Both the position numbers and the translations under genes were made by a program. From Bacteroides sp. (GTDB lineage: Bacteria > Bacteroidota > Bacteroidia > Bacteroidales > Muribaculaceae): a DNA stretch of 64,000 nucleotides. The stretch lies in NCBI GenBank assembly GCA_023665145.1, contig JAMPEM010000004.1:25195-89194 (forward strand). The letters are read 5' to 3'. Below are positions 10,140-21,755 of this stretch, piece by piece. Within the stretch, counting starts at the first letter, position 1. Each line of letters starts with the position of its first letter. Under the pieces are notes generated by a model. It was not told where the DNA came from and did no database searches. It worked only from the letters and a program-made list of their open reading frames with translations.

Positions 10140-10253
10140 ATATGAGGGACGGGATTATATCCGTAATCCAAATTGCAAAATTACAAAAAAACTCTTATAT
10201 TTACAATACAGAAGAGGAATCGTGAAATATGTTTTTCTTTATCGCGATAATTT

Positions 10254-10261
10254 GCTAATTT
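10254..10261 (+). promoter_or_regulatory. Bacteroidetes-type -7 box TAATTTTG immediately upstream of the permease start (near-leaderless)
   Basis: TAATTTTG read 7 nt before ATG 10268. Confidence 0.4.
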
Positions 10262-10267
10262 TGCAGT

Positions 10268-11524
10268 ATGAGAGGAAATCTTCGATTACAAATTTTTCTT
10301 GGGCAAAGATTGTCATTGGGAGCTGATGGTTCAAAAAGTGCTCCGGCTGTAAAAGTGGCCGTTGCTGCAGTAGCTATTTCTATTGCGGTGATGCTTGCTT
10401 CAATAGCTATTGTTAATGGATTTAAACACGAAATTCGTCAAAAGGTTGTAGGATTTAATTCTCATCTTACAATATATGTCGACCCTCAATCTTTAAACGA
10501 AAATGAACAACCGCTTGTCTCGATGACTCCTACTTTGAAGAAGATTTTAAATGAGACCCCCTTTATAAAATCGTACACGCTTGAGGCGTCTTCACCTTCA
10601 TTGCTTAAAACAATTGATAATTTCAAGGGTGTATACTTTAAGGGTGTTGACAATATTTCCTGTACGGATTTCATTAAATATAATATCGTGGATGGTGCTA
10701 TCCCGACAAATAATCAAGACTCTTCGCTTTTCGTCATTATATCATCCAAAGCTGCAGAAAAGCTTAATCTAAAATGTGGAATGAATGTTGACACCTATTT
10801 TATCACGGATAATATCAAAGTGCGTCCGCTCAAAATTGCAGCAATTTATAATTCTCATTTTGATGTGTATGATGATATAAATGTATTTGGTTCTTTACGA
10901 CTTGTTCAAGAGATTGCAGGACTACAAGAACATGAGGGGAGTGCCATCCGAATTATAACAGATGATTTTGAAAGAATCGAAGAATACAGGACATCTCTAA
11001 ATAAACGACTTGAAGAAGCTTATGTATCCCGTGAAATATACAAGCATTACAATATTGAATCTGTCAACAATCAGGGAATGGGATATTTTCAATGGCTTTC
11101 ACTGCTCGATACTAATGTGTTAGTGATACTGATTCTAATGGCAATTGTCTCATGTGTGACACTTATATCGGGAGTTTTAATAATTATCCTTGACAAATAT
11201 AACTTCATCGGCACAATAAAAGCTCTTGGTGCCTGCAATTCTTCTGTCAGAGGTGTATTTGTATATCTCTCTATGAAAGTAGCATTGACGGGAATTGTGA
11301 TTGGAAATGTTTTTATGTTAATATTATTATGGCTTCAGCAGAGATACCACTTCTTACCCCTTGACCCGGATAATTATTATATAGATTTTGTGCCGGTAAA
11401 CCTTTATCCACAGGCTATTATTACATTAAATATGGCAGTGATTGTTATGATATTTTTTGTACTTGTAGGGACAGCATCGTTTGTGTCAAGAATACGTCCC
11501 GCCTCATCATTGCGATATGAGTAA
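10268..11524 (+). CDS. FtsX-like ABC transporter permease (LolE-like, no adjacent ATPase)
   Basis: N-terminal TM helix, large periplasmic loop, C-terminal 3-TM FtsX domain; 418 aa. Confidence 0.75.
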   Translation: MRGNLRLQIFLGQRLSLGADGSKSAPAVKVAVAAVAISIAVMLASIAIVNGFKHEIRQKVVGFNSHLTIYVDPQSLNENEQPLVSMTPTLKKILNETPFIKSYTLEASSPSLLKTIDNFKGVYFKGVDNISCTDFIKYNIVDGAIPTNNQDSSLFVIISSKAAEKLNLKCGMNVDTYFITDNIKVRPLKIAAIYNSHFDVYDDINVFGSLRLVQEIAGLQEHEGSAIRIITDDFERIEEYRTSLNKRLEEAYVSREIYKHYNIESVNNQGMGYFQWLSLLDTNVLVILILMAIVSCVTLISGVLIIILDKYNFIGTIKALGACNSSVRGVFVYLSMKVALTGIVIGNVFMLILLWLQQRYHFLPLDPDNYYIDFVPVNLYPQAIITLNMAVIVMIFFVLVGTASFVSRIRPASSLRYE

Positions 11525-11531
11525 CAATCGC

Positions 11532-13745
11532 TTACAATTCAGACAATTCGGGCCATTTTTCTGTCCATAATACATTCTCGATAATTAAATCGAAATCCGC
11601 TTTAGAAACCCCTTTCTCTTCCAAGACAGGGAAATCTTCATAATATAGAGATCTCGATTTATTTACCGGAAGCAAATAACACTTGTTGGCATCGGAAATA
11701 TTTCCAAGACTCAAAGCTATGTGTCCGGCTCTGACATAGTCAGAATCAAGCAATTTACCGGGGAATTCTTCATTAATCATACGGTTGAAATATTCCATAC
11801 CCTTAAGAGGATCATTTCTTAAAAATTCTCCCCATGCGATGCCTCGTGCTGAATCTACCGATGGATTCTCATAATCCATTTTATAAAAATGAGAAAGAGC
11901 GATGTTAGTATGCCCGGCCTCAAGGTGCGAAGAAGCCGTCATTAATGTAAGATCTTTATCATCGGGATTAAGTTTTAACGCTTCTTCAAAATATTTAGAT
12001 GCTGATTCGAATTCTTTCAATTTGAAATATATATGCCCGATGGCTGTTTTAATCCATCGTTCATCCTGATCAAAAAGTGATGCACGAAGGTAATAGTCAA
12101 GTGCTTGACGATAATTCCCGAGTTGCTGGTGGCAATATCCGGCTTTCTGGAATATCATATAATCGGCATCAACTTGATACGTAAGAGGTTCTAAGTAGTG
12201 AAGAGCCATTTCATAGTATCCGGACCGAAATAAGAATTCATACACAAGACGATTGAATTCCGTATCAAAAAGCGTTTCACCGATAACCGGCAGCTGACCT
12301 GGATGAACAGGCTCTTTAAATGGATTTTCAAATGAAGTGGGGAAAGGTGATAGGGTAAAGAAGCGATAGAGGTCTTTGACGTATATTCTTGCTTCGGTCG
12401 AGAATAATTTCATTTCAGATTCAATTTCTGATTCATTATTCTTCATTTGGCCAATCTCCTCAGTGAATTTATCAGACATTCCGCGAGCCATTCGTGATAT
12501 TTGAGATAAGCTGCATGCAAGGGAATACATATCGCTGTCACAAATGACACCATTTTTGGAACTGCTTATCAATTTCTCAATGAAAGAATTATCTATATTT
12601 ATTTCACTGCGATATTTTTCGAAGGGGACAAACCAATTGGAAAGTCTGCGGAAGAAGGGATATTGTTTCTGATTCTTAAATGTGGAATAAAAAATATCAC
12701 TGCCGGATTCAATCATTTTTTGCATCTTTATCATTTTTTTATCAAGTCCGGAATCAGTCATAAATTTCTCCCACTCAGGATTGAATCCTAAAGATTCGAT
12801 TGATTCTGCAATATCTCCGGGGTTCTTGGATTGTAAATCAAGTCCCTGCATCATTTCACGAATCTTTGGCTGAAATTTCTTTATGTCGTTTACGATATTT
12901 TTTTCAAATTCTGAAGAGCTCTTGGCGGTATCGAATGCCGTAATTAGTGCCATTTCCAATTCTCTAAGTCTGCTGTATGATAATAAAGAATCCTGCCAAC
13001 TTTCGATGCGCAAACGATTCTCCTTGTCATATATAGTGATTTGTCCATATTCCTTCATGACAAGAATTAATGCCACCATAGCTCTTGCCGCGATAGCATC
13101 TGAGTCAGATTTATCATAAATATCGAGCAATAATCTGAATTTAATGGTGTCAAATCTTCCAAGCAATGACAGTAATAACGCTGAAATAATCAATGTTTTA
13201 ACGGTCAAACTTTCAATTGAATCTTTAATTAAACTATGAAGTTTGTCAGCATCTTTCTGTTGTAAGGGAAGAGTTGTCCATGTCCATTCAAACAAGTCAT
13301 TGAGTACGTGTTCTCTTTGTTTGATAAGAGATTCATCACGAATACCACTCTCCACCATAATCGAGTAAAGGGAAGAGTATTTTATATATTTATCAATAAT
13401 CGAATCGATAGATACTCCGGTATATTGCAAGGTGCGAGCTATATCGCTATAAGAATTGTGGTCGGAGCGTAACTCTTGCGCCCTGCCAATAAGGCCGATA
13501 AGGTCAACAGTTTTTGCTCTGAGTGAATCATACATCTCTTTTCTTGCTGGATCTTTAATACCTTTCCGCAAGTAATTGAGCATGTATTTTGTAGTCATCA
13601 AAATCTCATTATAGTTGTCCTTGAACTGTAAGAACCTCCCATCTTGAAGTGCAATGACTTCACCCAATCCACGTAGTGAGGATAGCAATCCCTTTTCTTT
13701 CAGATATATCTGACCTTTTTTCCCTATCAATTTCTCTATATTCAT
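11532..13745 (-). CDS. Large tetratricopeptide-repeat protein
   Basis: C-terminal half contains repeated A-x-x-YY / ALKLNPDD TPR-like motifs; 737 aa, no other recognisable domain. Confidence 0.6.
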   Translation of the reverse strand: MNIEKLIGKKGQIYLKEKGLLSSLRGLGEVIALQDGRFLQFKDNYNEILMTTKYMLNYLRKGIKDPARKEMYDSLRAKTVDLIGLIGRAQELRSDHNSYSDIARTLQYTGVSIDSIIDKYIKYSSLYSIMVESGIRDESLIKQREHVLNDLFEWTWTTLPLQQKDADKLHSLIKDSIESLTVKTLIISALLLSLLGRFDTIKFRLLLDIYDKSDSDAIAARAMVALILVMKEYGQITIYDKENRLRIESWQDSLLSYSRLRELEMALITAFDTAKSSSEFEKNIVNDIKKFQPKIREMMQGLDLQSKNPGDIAESIESLGFNPEWEKFMTDSGLDKKMIKMQKMIESGSDIFYSTFKNQKQYPFFRRLSNWFVPFEKYRSEINIDNSFIEKLISSSKNGVICDSDMYSLACSLSQISRMARGMSDKFTEEIGQMKNNESEIESEMKLFSTEARIYVKDLYRFFTLSPFPTSFENPFKEPVHPGQLPVIGETLFDTEFNRLVYEFLFRSGYYEMALHYLEPLTYQVDADYMIFQKAGYCHQQLGNYRQALDYYLRASLFDQDERWIKTAIGHIYFKLKEFESASKYFEEALKLNPDDKDLTLMTASSHLEAGHTNIALSHFYKMDYENPSVDSARGIAWGEFLRNDPLKGMEYFNRMINEEFPGKLLDSDYVRAGHIALSLGNISDANKCYLLPVNKSRSLYYEDFPVLEEKGVSKADFDLIIENVLWTEKWPELSEL

Positions 13746-13824
13746 AATTAATTTTGAATCGGTGCAATTAAATTATTCGACAAACATCCAACAAATCTCG
13801 TGCCATTTTCAGAAATCAGCTTAA

Positions 13825-15720
13825 TTATCGAGACTTCTTTGATGATGATTTTGTGCCTTTCCTTTTCCTTTCTTTTGCCCTCTGTTCAGCACATTTATCA
13901 TATAAGCGTGCAAGTAGATCAGTGCGATGCATTTTCTTCAATTCCGACACTATCCTTGAGCGTGCTTCCGGTTTGTACCAGAAGAAAAAATCCCTTTGCG
14001 CAAGTTTCTGTTTCTCCGTTTTAGCTGTATATATTCTTTTACCGGTATAAGGATGAATTCCGGTATAGTAAATCTCAGTGGCGAGAGTCATTGGAGTAGG
14101 TGTAAAATCTTGCACCTGCTCAAGGTGAAAATCAAGATTTTTTGTAATTACGGCAAGCTCAGCCATGTCCTCTTCAAGACAACCGGGATGCGATGAAATA
14201 AAATATGGTATCAGTTGTTGTTTCAATCCAAGTTGTTTATTTGTATTGTCAAATATTGTCTTAAAACGTCTAAACAATTGAAAGGATGGCTTTCGCATGA
14301 TGTCAAGGACTCTGTCAGATGTGTGTTCGGGTGCAACTTTTAAACGGCCACTTACATGTTTTTCAATCAATTCTTTAAGGTAATCCCTATTAGCCGACAT
14401 AATTTTCTTGTCAGGATTATCAGCCATTGAGAGGTCATATCTAACACCACTCCCGATAAATGATTTCTTTACATCATGCAAAGCGTCTACAGTTCGGTAA
14501 ATATCAAGTAACGGACGATGGTCATTATTCAAATTACGACATGGAGAAGGATGAAGGCATGATGGTCGAGCGCATAATGCACAAAGAGATTTGTCTTTCC
14601 CACCCATAGCATACATGTTAGCTGATGGGCCACCAAGATCGGATATATACCCTTTGAAATCATCCATCTGTACAACTTGGCGCACCTCTCTCATGATAGA
14701 ATTCTTTGACCTTGAAGAGATAAACTTTCCTTGATGGGCAGAGATTGTGCAAAATGCGCAACCTCCGAAACAACCACGATGCATACACACCGAATGTCTT
14801 ATCATCTCATATGCCGGAATTATTTTGCCACGATAACGAGGATGCGGTATTCTTGTGTAGGGGAGATCAAAAGAGGCATCCACTTCTTTGGTGGTCAATG
14901 GTGGATACATCGGATTAATTTGAATCATTCTCCCCCCCGTGGACTGAAAAATTCTGTGTCCATACATACGGTTGGACTCAATCTCTACCAGTTTGAAATT
15001 TTCGGCTTGTTTACTTTTCTCCTTTAGGCAATTCTCATACGAATGAAGCACTATATCCTCCTTGCAAGGTACATTATCTGTAAAAAATAGAGTTTGCGGC
15101 ACATCGTCGATGCTGTCTAAACTTTCACCATCATCAAGTCTGTTCGCAATCTCTACAATTGCTTTTTCACCCATTCCATATATTATCATATCGACCTTGC
15201 TGTCTGCAATGATAGATGGTCTGAGTCTATCTTGCCAATAATCATAATGTGCTACTCTGCGCAAGGAAGCCTCAATACCACCGGCTATAATCGGAACATC
15301 CGGGTAAAGCTGTTCTAAAATTTGGGAATAAACGATTGTTGGATAATCCGGACGCATTCCGTGTCTTCCACCGGGAGTATATGCATCATCGTGTCTCAAT
15401 CGGCGATTCGCTGTATAATGATTCACCATTGAATCCATTGCTCCGGCAGATACTCCAAAGAATAGACGAGGCTTTCCGAGTTTCTTAAAATCCCGCAAAT
15501 CATCGCGCCAGTTAGGTTGAGGGACTATAGCTACTTTATACCCCGCGGCTTGGAGAGTTCTGCCAATTACAGCAGCTCCGAAAGAGGGATGATCCACATA
15601 TGCATCTCCGGAAAATAGAATTATATCAGGCTGTTCCCAACCCAGAAATTCAATTTCTTCTTTAGATGTGGGAAGGAAGTCTGATTTGTTATACCGTCGA
15701 GGTAGTTGTTGTGTCTTCAT
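13825..15720 (-). CDS. ygiQ: YgiQ family radical SAM protein
   Basis: CFGGCAFC radical-SAM cluster motif, UPF0313-type N-terminus FLPTSKEEIEFLGWEQPDIILFSGDAYVDHPSFG; start set to ATG 15720, 1 nt after uvrB stop. Confidence 0.85.
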   Translation of the reverse strand: MKTQQLPRRYNKSDFLPTSKEEIEFLGWEQPDIILFSGDAYVDHPSFGAAVIGRTLQAAGYKVAIVPQPNWRDDLRDFKKLGKPRLFFGVSAGAMDSMVNHYTANRRLRHDDAYTPGGRHGMRPDYPTIVYSQILEQLYPDVPIIAGGIEASLRRVAHYDYWQDRLRPSIIADSKVDMIIYGMGEKAIVEIANRLDDGESLDSIDDVPQTLFFTDNVPCKEDIVLHSYENCLKEKSKQAENFKLVEIESNRMYGHRIFQSTGGRMIQINPMYPPLTTKEVDASFDLPYTRIPHPRYRGKIIPAYEMIRHSVCMHRGCFGGCAFCTISAHQGKFISSRSKNSIMREVRQVVQMDDFKGYISDLGGPSANMYAMGGKDKSLCALCARPSCLHPSPCRNLNNDHRPLLDIYRTVDALHDVKKSFIGSGVRYDLSMADNPDKKIMSANRDYLKELIEKHVSGRLKVAPEHTSDRVLDIMRKPSFQLFRRFKTIFDNTNKQLGLKQQLIPYFISSHPGCLEEDMAELAVITKNLDFHLEQVQDFTPTPMTLATEIYYTGIHPYTGKRIYTAKTEKQKLAQRDFFFWYKPEARSRIVSELKKMHRTDLLARLYDKCAEQRAKERKRKGTKSSSKKSR

Positions 15721-15721
15721 C

Positions 15722-17839
15722 TTAGCATTTGTTATTATCAGCTCTAAGTACATCAAGTTTATGTTGCAAACTTAGCATTTGGTCTCGAAGCACTGCGGCC
15801 TCTATGAAGTCGGTGCGCTTAGCAGAAGAAATCATATCAACACGCAGCTTGTTAATCTGTTTCTCCAATTCATCTGCCGACATATACTCCACTATAGGAT
15901 CTGCAGCAACCAATGTATGTTCTTCTTCAATATATGGCCGTGGGCTTACCTGCTTGGGAGCATTACGTACTTTTTGTCGAGTATCACGGCCGGAATTATT
16001 GCCCGATGAGGATGTTTTGCTCTCGGAATATGCCTCCAAAAGATCGTCATTATTAGAAATTTTCACTATCGGAGTTGGAACAATACCATGCTCTTCATTA
16101 TATTTAATCTGTTTAAGTCTGCGTCTTTCTGTCTCATCAATAGTTTTTTGCATGCTGTCCGTAATCTTGTCGGCATACATAATGACCTTTCCATGAACAT
16201 TACGGGCTGCTCGGCCGGCTGTTTGCGTCAAGCTGCGATGATTTCTCAAAAAACCTTCTTTATCCGCATCAAGAATTACCACAAGACTGACTTGTGGCAA
16301 ATCAAGCCCCTCACGCAAGAGATTGACCCCGACAAGGACATCAAAAACACCGGAACGCAAATCATCAAGAATACTTATTCTGTCGAGTGTTTTAACATCA
16401 CTATGTATATAAGCACTCTTGATGCCATTATCTGTTAAGTAAGTATTCAATTCCTCAGCCATCCGTTTGGTAAGAGTCGTGACAAGAGTACGTTCTCCAG
16501 CCTCTATTCTATTTTGTATTTCGTCTACAAGATCATCAATCTGTCTGAATGTCGGACGAACTTCAATTTCGGGGTCAAGCAAACCGGTAGGTCGTATTAC
16601 TTGTTCGGTAAAGACGCCACCCGTTTTTTGCAATTCATAATCGCCCGGAGTAGCAGAGACATAAAGGACCTGTGGTACGAGGCTTTCAAACTCTTCAAAT
16701 TTTAATGGCCGATTGTCAATTGCAGCAGGAAGTCGGAAACCGTATTCCACCAAATTCATTTTACGTGAAAGGTCACCACCATTCATTCCTCTGATTTGAG
16801 GTAAAGTGACATGACTCTCATCAATAATTGTAAGGAAATCTTCGGGGAAATAATCCAAAAGACAGAATGGACGAGCTCCCGGGAGTCTGCCGTCAAAGTA
16901 CCGGGAATAGTTTTCAATCCCACTGCAATGTCCGAGTTCACGTATCATTTCCATATCATATGATACACGCTGGAACAACCTTTCAGCCTCAAGATCCTTT
17001 CCAATATCACGGAAATATTCACACTGAGCATCACGATCTTGCTCTATCTGGAGCACAGCCGCATTTGTTCTTTCTTTAGATGTAACGAAAATATTTGCCG
17101 GATATATATTAAATCCTTCATGTTCAGCAAGGACAAGTCCTGTTTCAGGGTCAATTACCTGAATTTTCTCTATCTCGTCATCCCAGAACAATACGCGAAG
17201 TTGTATATCCTCAAATGAAAGCTTGATATCGACAGTATCGCCATGCACTCTGAATTGCCCATTGTTTAATTCTTCACTACGGGAATAAAGTGAATCAACT
17301 AGCCTCCTGAGGAAATTTCTCATTCCAACATTTTGACCAACTTTAATCTTAATGACATTTTGCTCAAAATCTGATGGATTCCCCATACCATATATGCAAG
17401 ATACTGAAGAAATGACAACTACGTCACGCCTCCCTGACAAAAGCGATGCCACTGTGGACAATCGTAATTTCTCAATCTGACTATTAATCATCAAATCCTT
17501 TTCGATATATTTATCGGAAGATGGAATATATGCCTCAGGCTGATAATAATCATAATAACTGACAAAGTATTGCACGGAATTTTCAGGAAAAAAACTTTTG
17601 AATTCCGAATACAACTGCGCAGCGAGTGTCTTATTGTGGGATAGTATAAGAGTGGGACGCTTCACTTGCTGAATAATATTCGCCATAGTGAACGTCTTGC
17701 CACTACCGGTCACACCAAGAAGGGTCTGAGCAGGAATTCCTTGCAATATACCATTGGATAGTTCAGATATCGCTTCCGGCTGATCTCCTGTCGGTTTATA
17801 TAGAGAGGTGATTGTAAAATCCATACTACAAAAATACAA
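15722..17839 (-). CDS. uvrB: Excinuclease ABC subunit B
   Basis: GDQP...GVTGSGKTFTMAN helicase motif I, UvrB C-terminal coiled coil; possible start at internal M (MDFTIT). Confidence 0.95.
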   Translation of the reverse strand: MYFCSMDFTITSLYKPTGDQPEAISELSNGILQGIPAQTLLGVTGSGKTFTMANIIQQVKRPTLILSHNKTLAAQLYSEFKSFFPENSVQYFVSYYDYYQPEAYIPSSDKYIEKDLMINSQIEKLRLSTVASLLSGRRDVVVISSVSCIYGMGNPSDFEQNVIKIKVGQNVGMRNFLRRLVDSLYSRSEELNNGQFRVHGDTVDIKLSFEDIQLRVLFWDDEIEKIQVIDPETGLVLAEHEGFNIYPANIFVTSKERTNAAVLQIEQDRDAQCEYFRDIGKDLEAERLFQRVSYDMEMIRELGHCSGIENYSRYFDGRLPGARPFCLLDYFPEDFLTIIDESHVTLPQIRGMNGGDLSRKMNLVEYGFRLPAAIDNRPLKFEEFESLVPQVLYVSATPGDYELQKTGGVFTEQVIRPTGLLDPEIEVRPTFRQIDDLVDEIQNRIEAGERTLVTTLTKRMAEELNTYLTDNGIKSAYIHSDVKTLDRISILDDLRSGVFDVLVGVNLLREGLDLPQVSLVVILDADKEGFLRNHRSLTQTAGRAARNVHGKVIMYADKITDSMQKTIDETERRRLKQIKYNEEHGIVPTPIVKISNNDDLLEAYSESKTSSSGNNSGRDTRQKVRNAPKQVSPRPYIEEEHTLVAADPIVEYMSADELEKQINKLRVDMISSAKRTDFIEAAVLRDQMLSLQHKLDVLRADNNKC

Positions 17840-18029
17840 AAAAATAAGCTAAAATCCAAGTAAAAGAAATATGCTGTTAGTAATCAAACAATTATTGTGC
17901 CAAAATACTCGATGTCAAAGAATATTTAACTAAATTTAAGATACTCCACACATGCGGCTGTTTGCAATAACCGGATTATTTCATTAACTTTGCAAAGTAA
18001 TCATTTCGCAATATAACACCTTTTTTTCT

Positions 18030-21000
18030 ATGTCAAATTTCACACATCTACATGTACACTCACAATACTCTTTGCTTGATGGGAAAGCTACAGTAAGCAG
18101 TCTAATAGACAAGGCCGTCTCTCTGGGTATGAGAGGAATAGCTATTACCGATCATGGGAATATGTTTGGTATAAAGGAACTTTGCGACTATACAGCCAAA
18201 ATAAATGGCAAATTGGATGACGATAAGAAATTTACTCCAATAATAGGATGCGAAATGTATTGTACGAATGGGGATTTGCATTCTCGAAACAAGAGTGACG
18301 CAAGATACCATTTGATTGTTCTGGCAAAAAATAAGCAAGGATATAAAAATCTCATAAAACTTGTAAGCATTGCATCATCTGAAGGATTTTATACAAAACC
18401 CCGCACTGACCATGCACATCTGGAAAAATATCGTGAAGGTCTAATTGTATGTTCTGCTTGTCTGGGTGGTGAAATCCCGCAATTGATTTTAGCAGGTGAA
18501 TTGGAGCAAGCTGAAGAGAAGGTTAAATGGTTTAAAAACGTTTTTGGAGATGATTATTATATTGAACTTCAAAGACACGAAACTTTCAAGCAAAATGCTA
18601 ACAGAGAAACCTTCATCGAGCAACAGAAAGTGAATAAAGTGCTCATTGAGCTGGCTCGAAATAACAATATCAAGGTTATCGCCACCAATGATGTACACTT
18701 CCTAAATGAGGACGATGCAGAAGCGCATGACAATCTTATCTGTGTCTCTATGGGTAAGACATTTAACGAGGAAAGATTGCACTATACCAAACAGGAATGG
18801 CTTAAATCGCAAGACGAAATGCAAGCCATTTTCAGCGATATTCCGGAAGCTTTGGATAATACCATGGAAATACTGTCAAAGGTTGAAATATACAGTATTG
18901 ACCATGAGCCTATTATGCCGACCTTCGAGATTCCCTCTGAATTCGGCACAGAAGATGAATACCGAAATAAATTTTCTACAGAAGACCTGTATGATGAATT
19001 TACAAGAGACGAAAACGGCAATGTAGTGGTAAGTCGCGAAGAAGGGGATAAAAAGATAAAACGGCTCGGAGGATATGACAAGTTATACCGACTGAAATTG
19101 GAAGCCGACTATCTGAATTTTTTGACATATGAAGGGGCAAAAAAATTATACGGAGATCCCATTCCGGATAATATAAGAGAACGGCTCAATTTTGAGCTGT
19201 ACATTATGAAGACGATGGGATTCCCCGGATATTTTCTTATTGTCCAAGACTTTATCAATGTGGGCAGGGAGAAACTCGGTGTCAGCGTAGGACCGGGTCG
19301 AGGTTCTGCAGCCGGAAGTTGCGCTGCTTATTGTCTCGGAATCACTCAAATAGACCCGGTAAAATATGACTTGCTGTTTGAACGTTTCCTTAATCCTGAC
19401 CGAATCTCGCTTCCGGATATTGATGTGGACTTCGATGATGACGGAAGATATAAAGTGCTTAAATATGTTACTGAAAAATATGGTGAGGAAAAAGTGGCAC
19501 ACATCATTACATTCCAAACAATGGCAACAAAAAGTGCCATTAGGGACGTAGCCAAGGTGCATGAAGTGCCAATTCCCGAAAGCAACAGACTTACACGTCT
19601 GGTTCCGGATCGTCTTCCGGATGTAGATGGGAAATCACCTAAGATAAATTTTAAAAACTGCACGAAATATGATAAAAGTTTCGCAGCCGAAGTAAACAGT
19701 CCGAATCCCACCATACGCGAGGTGATGAAATATGCCGGCCAGTTGGAAGGGAATGTCAGGGGCACCGGTGTACATGCTTGTGGTGTAATTATTTGTCGTG
19801 ATGACATTACAGATTGGGTACCTATTGTAGTGTCCAAAGATGCAGACGGTGAAAAAGTGACGACAACACAATATGAGGGGAGTGTCATTGAATCAACCGG
19901 ACTCATCAAAATGGACTTTCTGGGACTCAAGACACTCTCAATTATAATGGAGACATTGGAAAATATCCGTCATGCAAGAGGGATAGAACTTGATATTGAC
20001 CATATTCCCTTGGATGACCCAAAAACTTTCCAGCTTTACTGCGAAGGAAAGACCACTGGCACATTCCAGTTTGAATCAGTCGGAATGCAGAACTCGTTGA
20101 GGAAACTCCAGCCATCCAAGTTTGAGGATCTCATTGCCATGAATGCTCTTTATCGGCCGGGGCCGATGGATTACATTCCATCATTTATCGCCAGAAAACA
20201 TGGCGAAGAACCCATAGCATACGATATCCCAATTATGAAGCAATACCTGGAGGAAACATATGGCATTACGGTGTATCAGGAACAAGTCATGCTTCTTTCT
20301 CGCCTTCTTGCCAATTTCACTCGAGGGGAATCAGATATGCTCCGAAAGGCTATGGGTAAGAAGAAACTTGATCTTCTGTCAAAGCTTAAAGTAAAATTCA
20401 TGGATGGGGGGCAAAAAAATGGACATAAAGCAGAAGTTCTCGAAAAGATATGGGCAGACTGGGAGAAATTTGCAAGCTATGCCTTTAATAAGAGCCACGC
20501 TACATGCTATAGCTGGGTTGCTTATCAAACGGCCTATCTCAAGGCCAATTATCCAGCTGAATATATGGCAGGCGTCCTCAGCCGTAATCTTACAGCTACA
20601 GACAAATTATCCCGTTTCATGGATGAATGTGTTGCAATGGGAATAAGCGTAAAGTGTCCTGATGTCAATGAATCTGTAGAAAAATTTGGTGTCAATAAAA
20701 ATGGTGAAATAAGATTTGGCCTAGGTGCAGTAAGAGGAGTCGGAGCAAATGCAGTTGCAGCAATTGTCAGAGAAAGAGAGGAGAATGGCCCATATAAGGA
20801 TATCTATGACTTTGTAGAACGGGTAAATCTAAGTGCATGTAATCGTTCTGCTATTGAATCTCTGGCACTTGCCGGTGCTTTTGATTGTTTCAATGAACCT
20901 CGAGAAATGTATCTTGCCCCCGTCAATGATTCATCATACGCTGATGCTCTTGTAAAATACGGGCAACGAGTGCAGAAAGAAAAAAATTCGTCTCAAGCAT

Positions 21001-21725
21001 CTTTATTCGGTGATTATGACATGATGGATACCGCCAAACCACCAATACCCAAATATGAGAAATGGTCAAATCTTAAAATCCTTAACGAAGAGAAACGGAT
21101 GGTATCAATTTATTTATCCGCACATCCTTTAGATGAATACTATATGGAGCTTAACTATGGATGCAACACTCTTTGCTCTGAATATAAGGAGAAAAAGGAT
21201 ATAGCAAATACCACAATCACCATGGGTGGTTTAGTTTCTTCTTTCCTTACAAAGGTTTCAAAAAGTGGAAGGCCATATGGGGTGTTAGAGCTCGAAGATT
21301 TCTCGGGTAAAGCTCAAATTTATCTCTTTGACAAGGGATATGAAAAGGTTCTTCCTCTAGCGGTACCAGGTGCTTCCATTTTGTTAACAGCTGCTGTTAC
21401 ACCTTCTCGGTTCAAACCCGGTGAAACAAGTGTTACCGTTACCGATGCACTCCCTCTTGATTCTGTAAAAGGAAAGATTGCCAACACACTTACAATCAGT
21501 TTGGAACGTACTGAGCGTGATGAATCACTTTTAGTGATACTCAAACAAATAGATGAATGTAAATCTAAGGATAGACTCGGAGATGTATTTATTAAAATAA
21601 ATGATTTTAAGGGTGAATTTAGTCCGATTACATTGCACGCAAGAAAACGTTATCCCATTACAAAAGAGCTTGTTACGTTGCTAAATAGTACCGAACTTAA
21701 ATATGAAATCAGCACATCTCACTGA
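18030..21725 (+). CDS. dnaE: DNA polymerase III alpha subunit
   Basis: PHP domain HLHVHSQYSLLDG at N-terminus, 1231 aa. Confidence 0.95.
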   Translation: MSNFTHLHVHSQYSLLDGKATVSSLIDKAVSLGMRGIAITDHGNMFGIKELCDYTAKINGKLDDDKKFTPIIGCEMYCTNGDLHSRNKSDARYHLIVLAKNKQGYKNLIKLVSIASSEGFYTKPRTDHAHLEKYREGLIVCSACLGGEIPQLILAGELEQAEEKVKWFKNVFGDDYYIELQRHETFKQNANRETFIEQQKVNKVLIELARNNNIKVIATNDVHFLNEDDAEAHDNLICVSMGKTFNEERLHYTKQEWLKSQDEMQAIFSDIPEALDNTMEILSKVEIYSIDHEPIMPTFEIPSEFGTEDEYRNKFSTEDLYDEFTRDENGNVVVSREEGDKKIKRLGGYDKLYRLKLEADYLNFLTYEGAKKLYGDPIPDNIRERLNFELYIMKTMGFPGYFLIVQDFINVGREKLGVSVGPGRGSAAGSCAAYCLGITQIDPVKYDLLFERFLNPDRISLPDIDVDFDDDGRYKVLKYVTEKYGEEKVAHIITFQTMATKSAIRDVAKVHEVPIPESNRLTRLVPDRLPDVDGKSPKINFKNCTKYDKSFAAEVNSPNPTIREVMKYAGQLEGNVRGTGVHACGVIICRDDITDWVPIVVSKDADGEKVTTTQYEGSVIESTGLIKMDFLGLKTLSIIMETLENIRHARGIELDIDHIPLDDPKTFQLYCEGKTTGTFQFESVGMQNSLRKLQPSKFEDLIAMNALYRPGPMDYIPSFIARKHGEEPIAYDIPIMKQYLEETYGITVYQEQVMLLSRLLANFTRGESDMLRKAMGKKKLDLLSKLKVKFMDGGQKNGHKAEVLEKIWADWEKFASYAFNKSHATCYSWVAYQTAYLKANYPAEYMAGVLSRNLTATDKLSRFMDECVAMGISVKCPDVNESVEKFGVNKNGEIRFGLGAVRGVGANAVAAIVREREENGPYKDIYDFVERVNLSACNRSAIESLALAGAFDCFNEPREMYLAPVNDSSYADALVKYGQRVQKEKNSSQASLFGDYDMMDTAKPPIPKYEKWSNLKILNEEKRMVSIYLSAHPLDEYYMELNYGCNTLCSEYKEKKDIANTTITMGGLVSSFLTKVSKSGRPYGVLELEDFSGKAQIYLFDKGYEKVLPLAVPGASILLTAAVTPSRFKPGETSVTVTDALPLDSVKGKIANTLTISLERTERDESLLVILKQIDECKSKDRLGDVFIKINDFKGEFSPITLHARKRYPITKELVTLLNSTELKYEISTSH

Positions 21726-21755
21726 TTACAGAATACATAAAAATATCATCTATCT

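Noticed and set aside
19346-19930. 194-aa antisense ORF (and several 100-155 aa antisense ORFs at 15729-16196, 31938-32402, 32594-33010) embedded in dnaE, uvrB, 5-FTHF ligase and ctpA
   Set aside because: Fully contained within genes with unambiguous homology on the opposite strand. No promoter boxes, and low-complexity translations; typical shadow ORFs.
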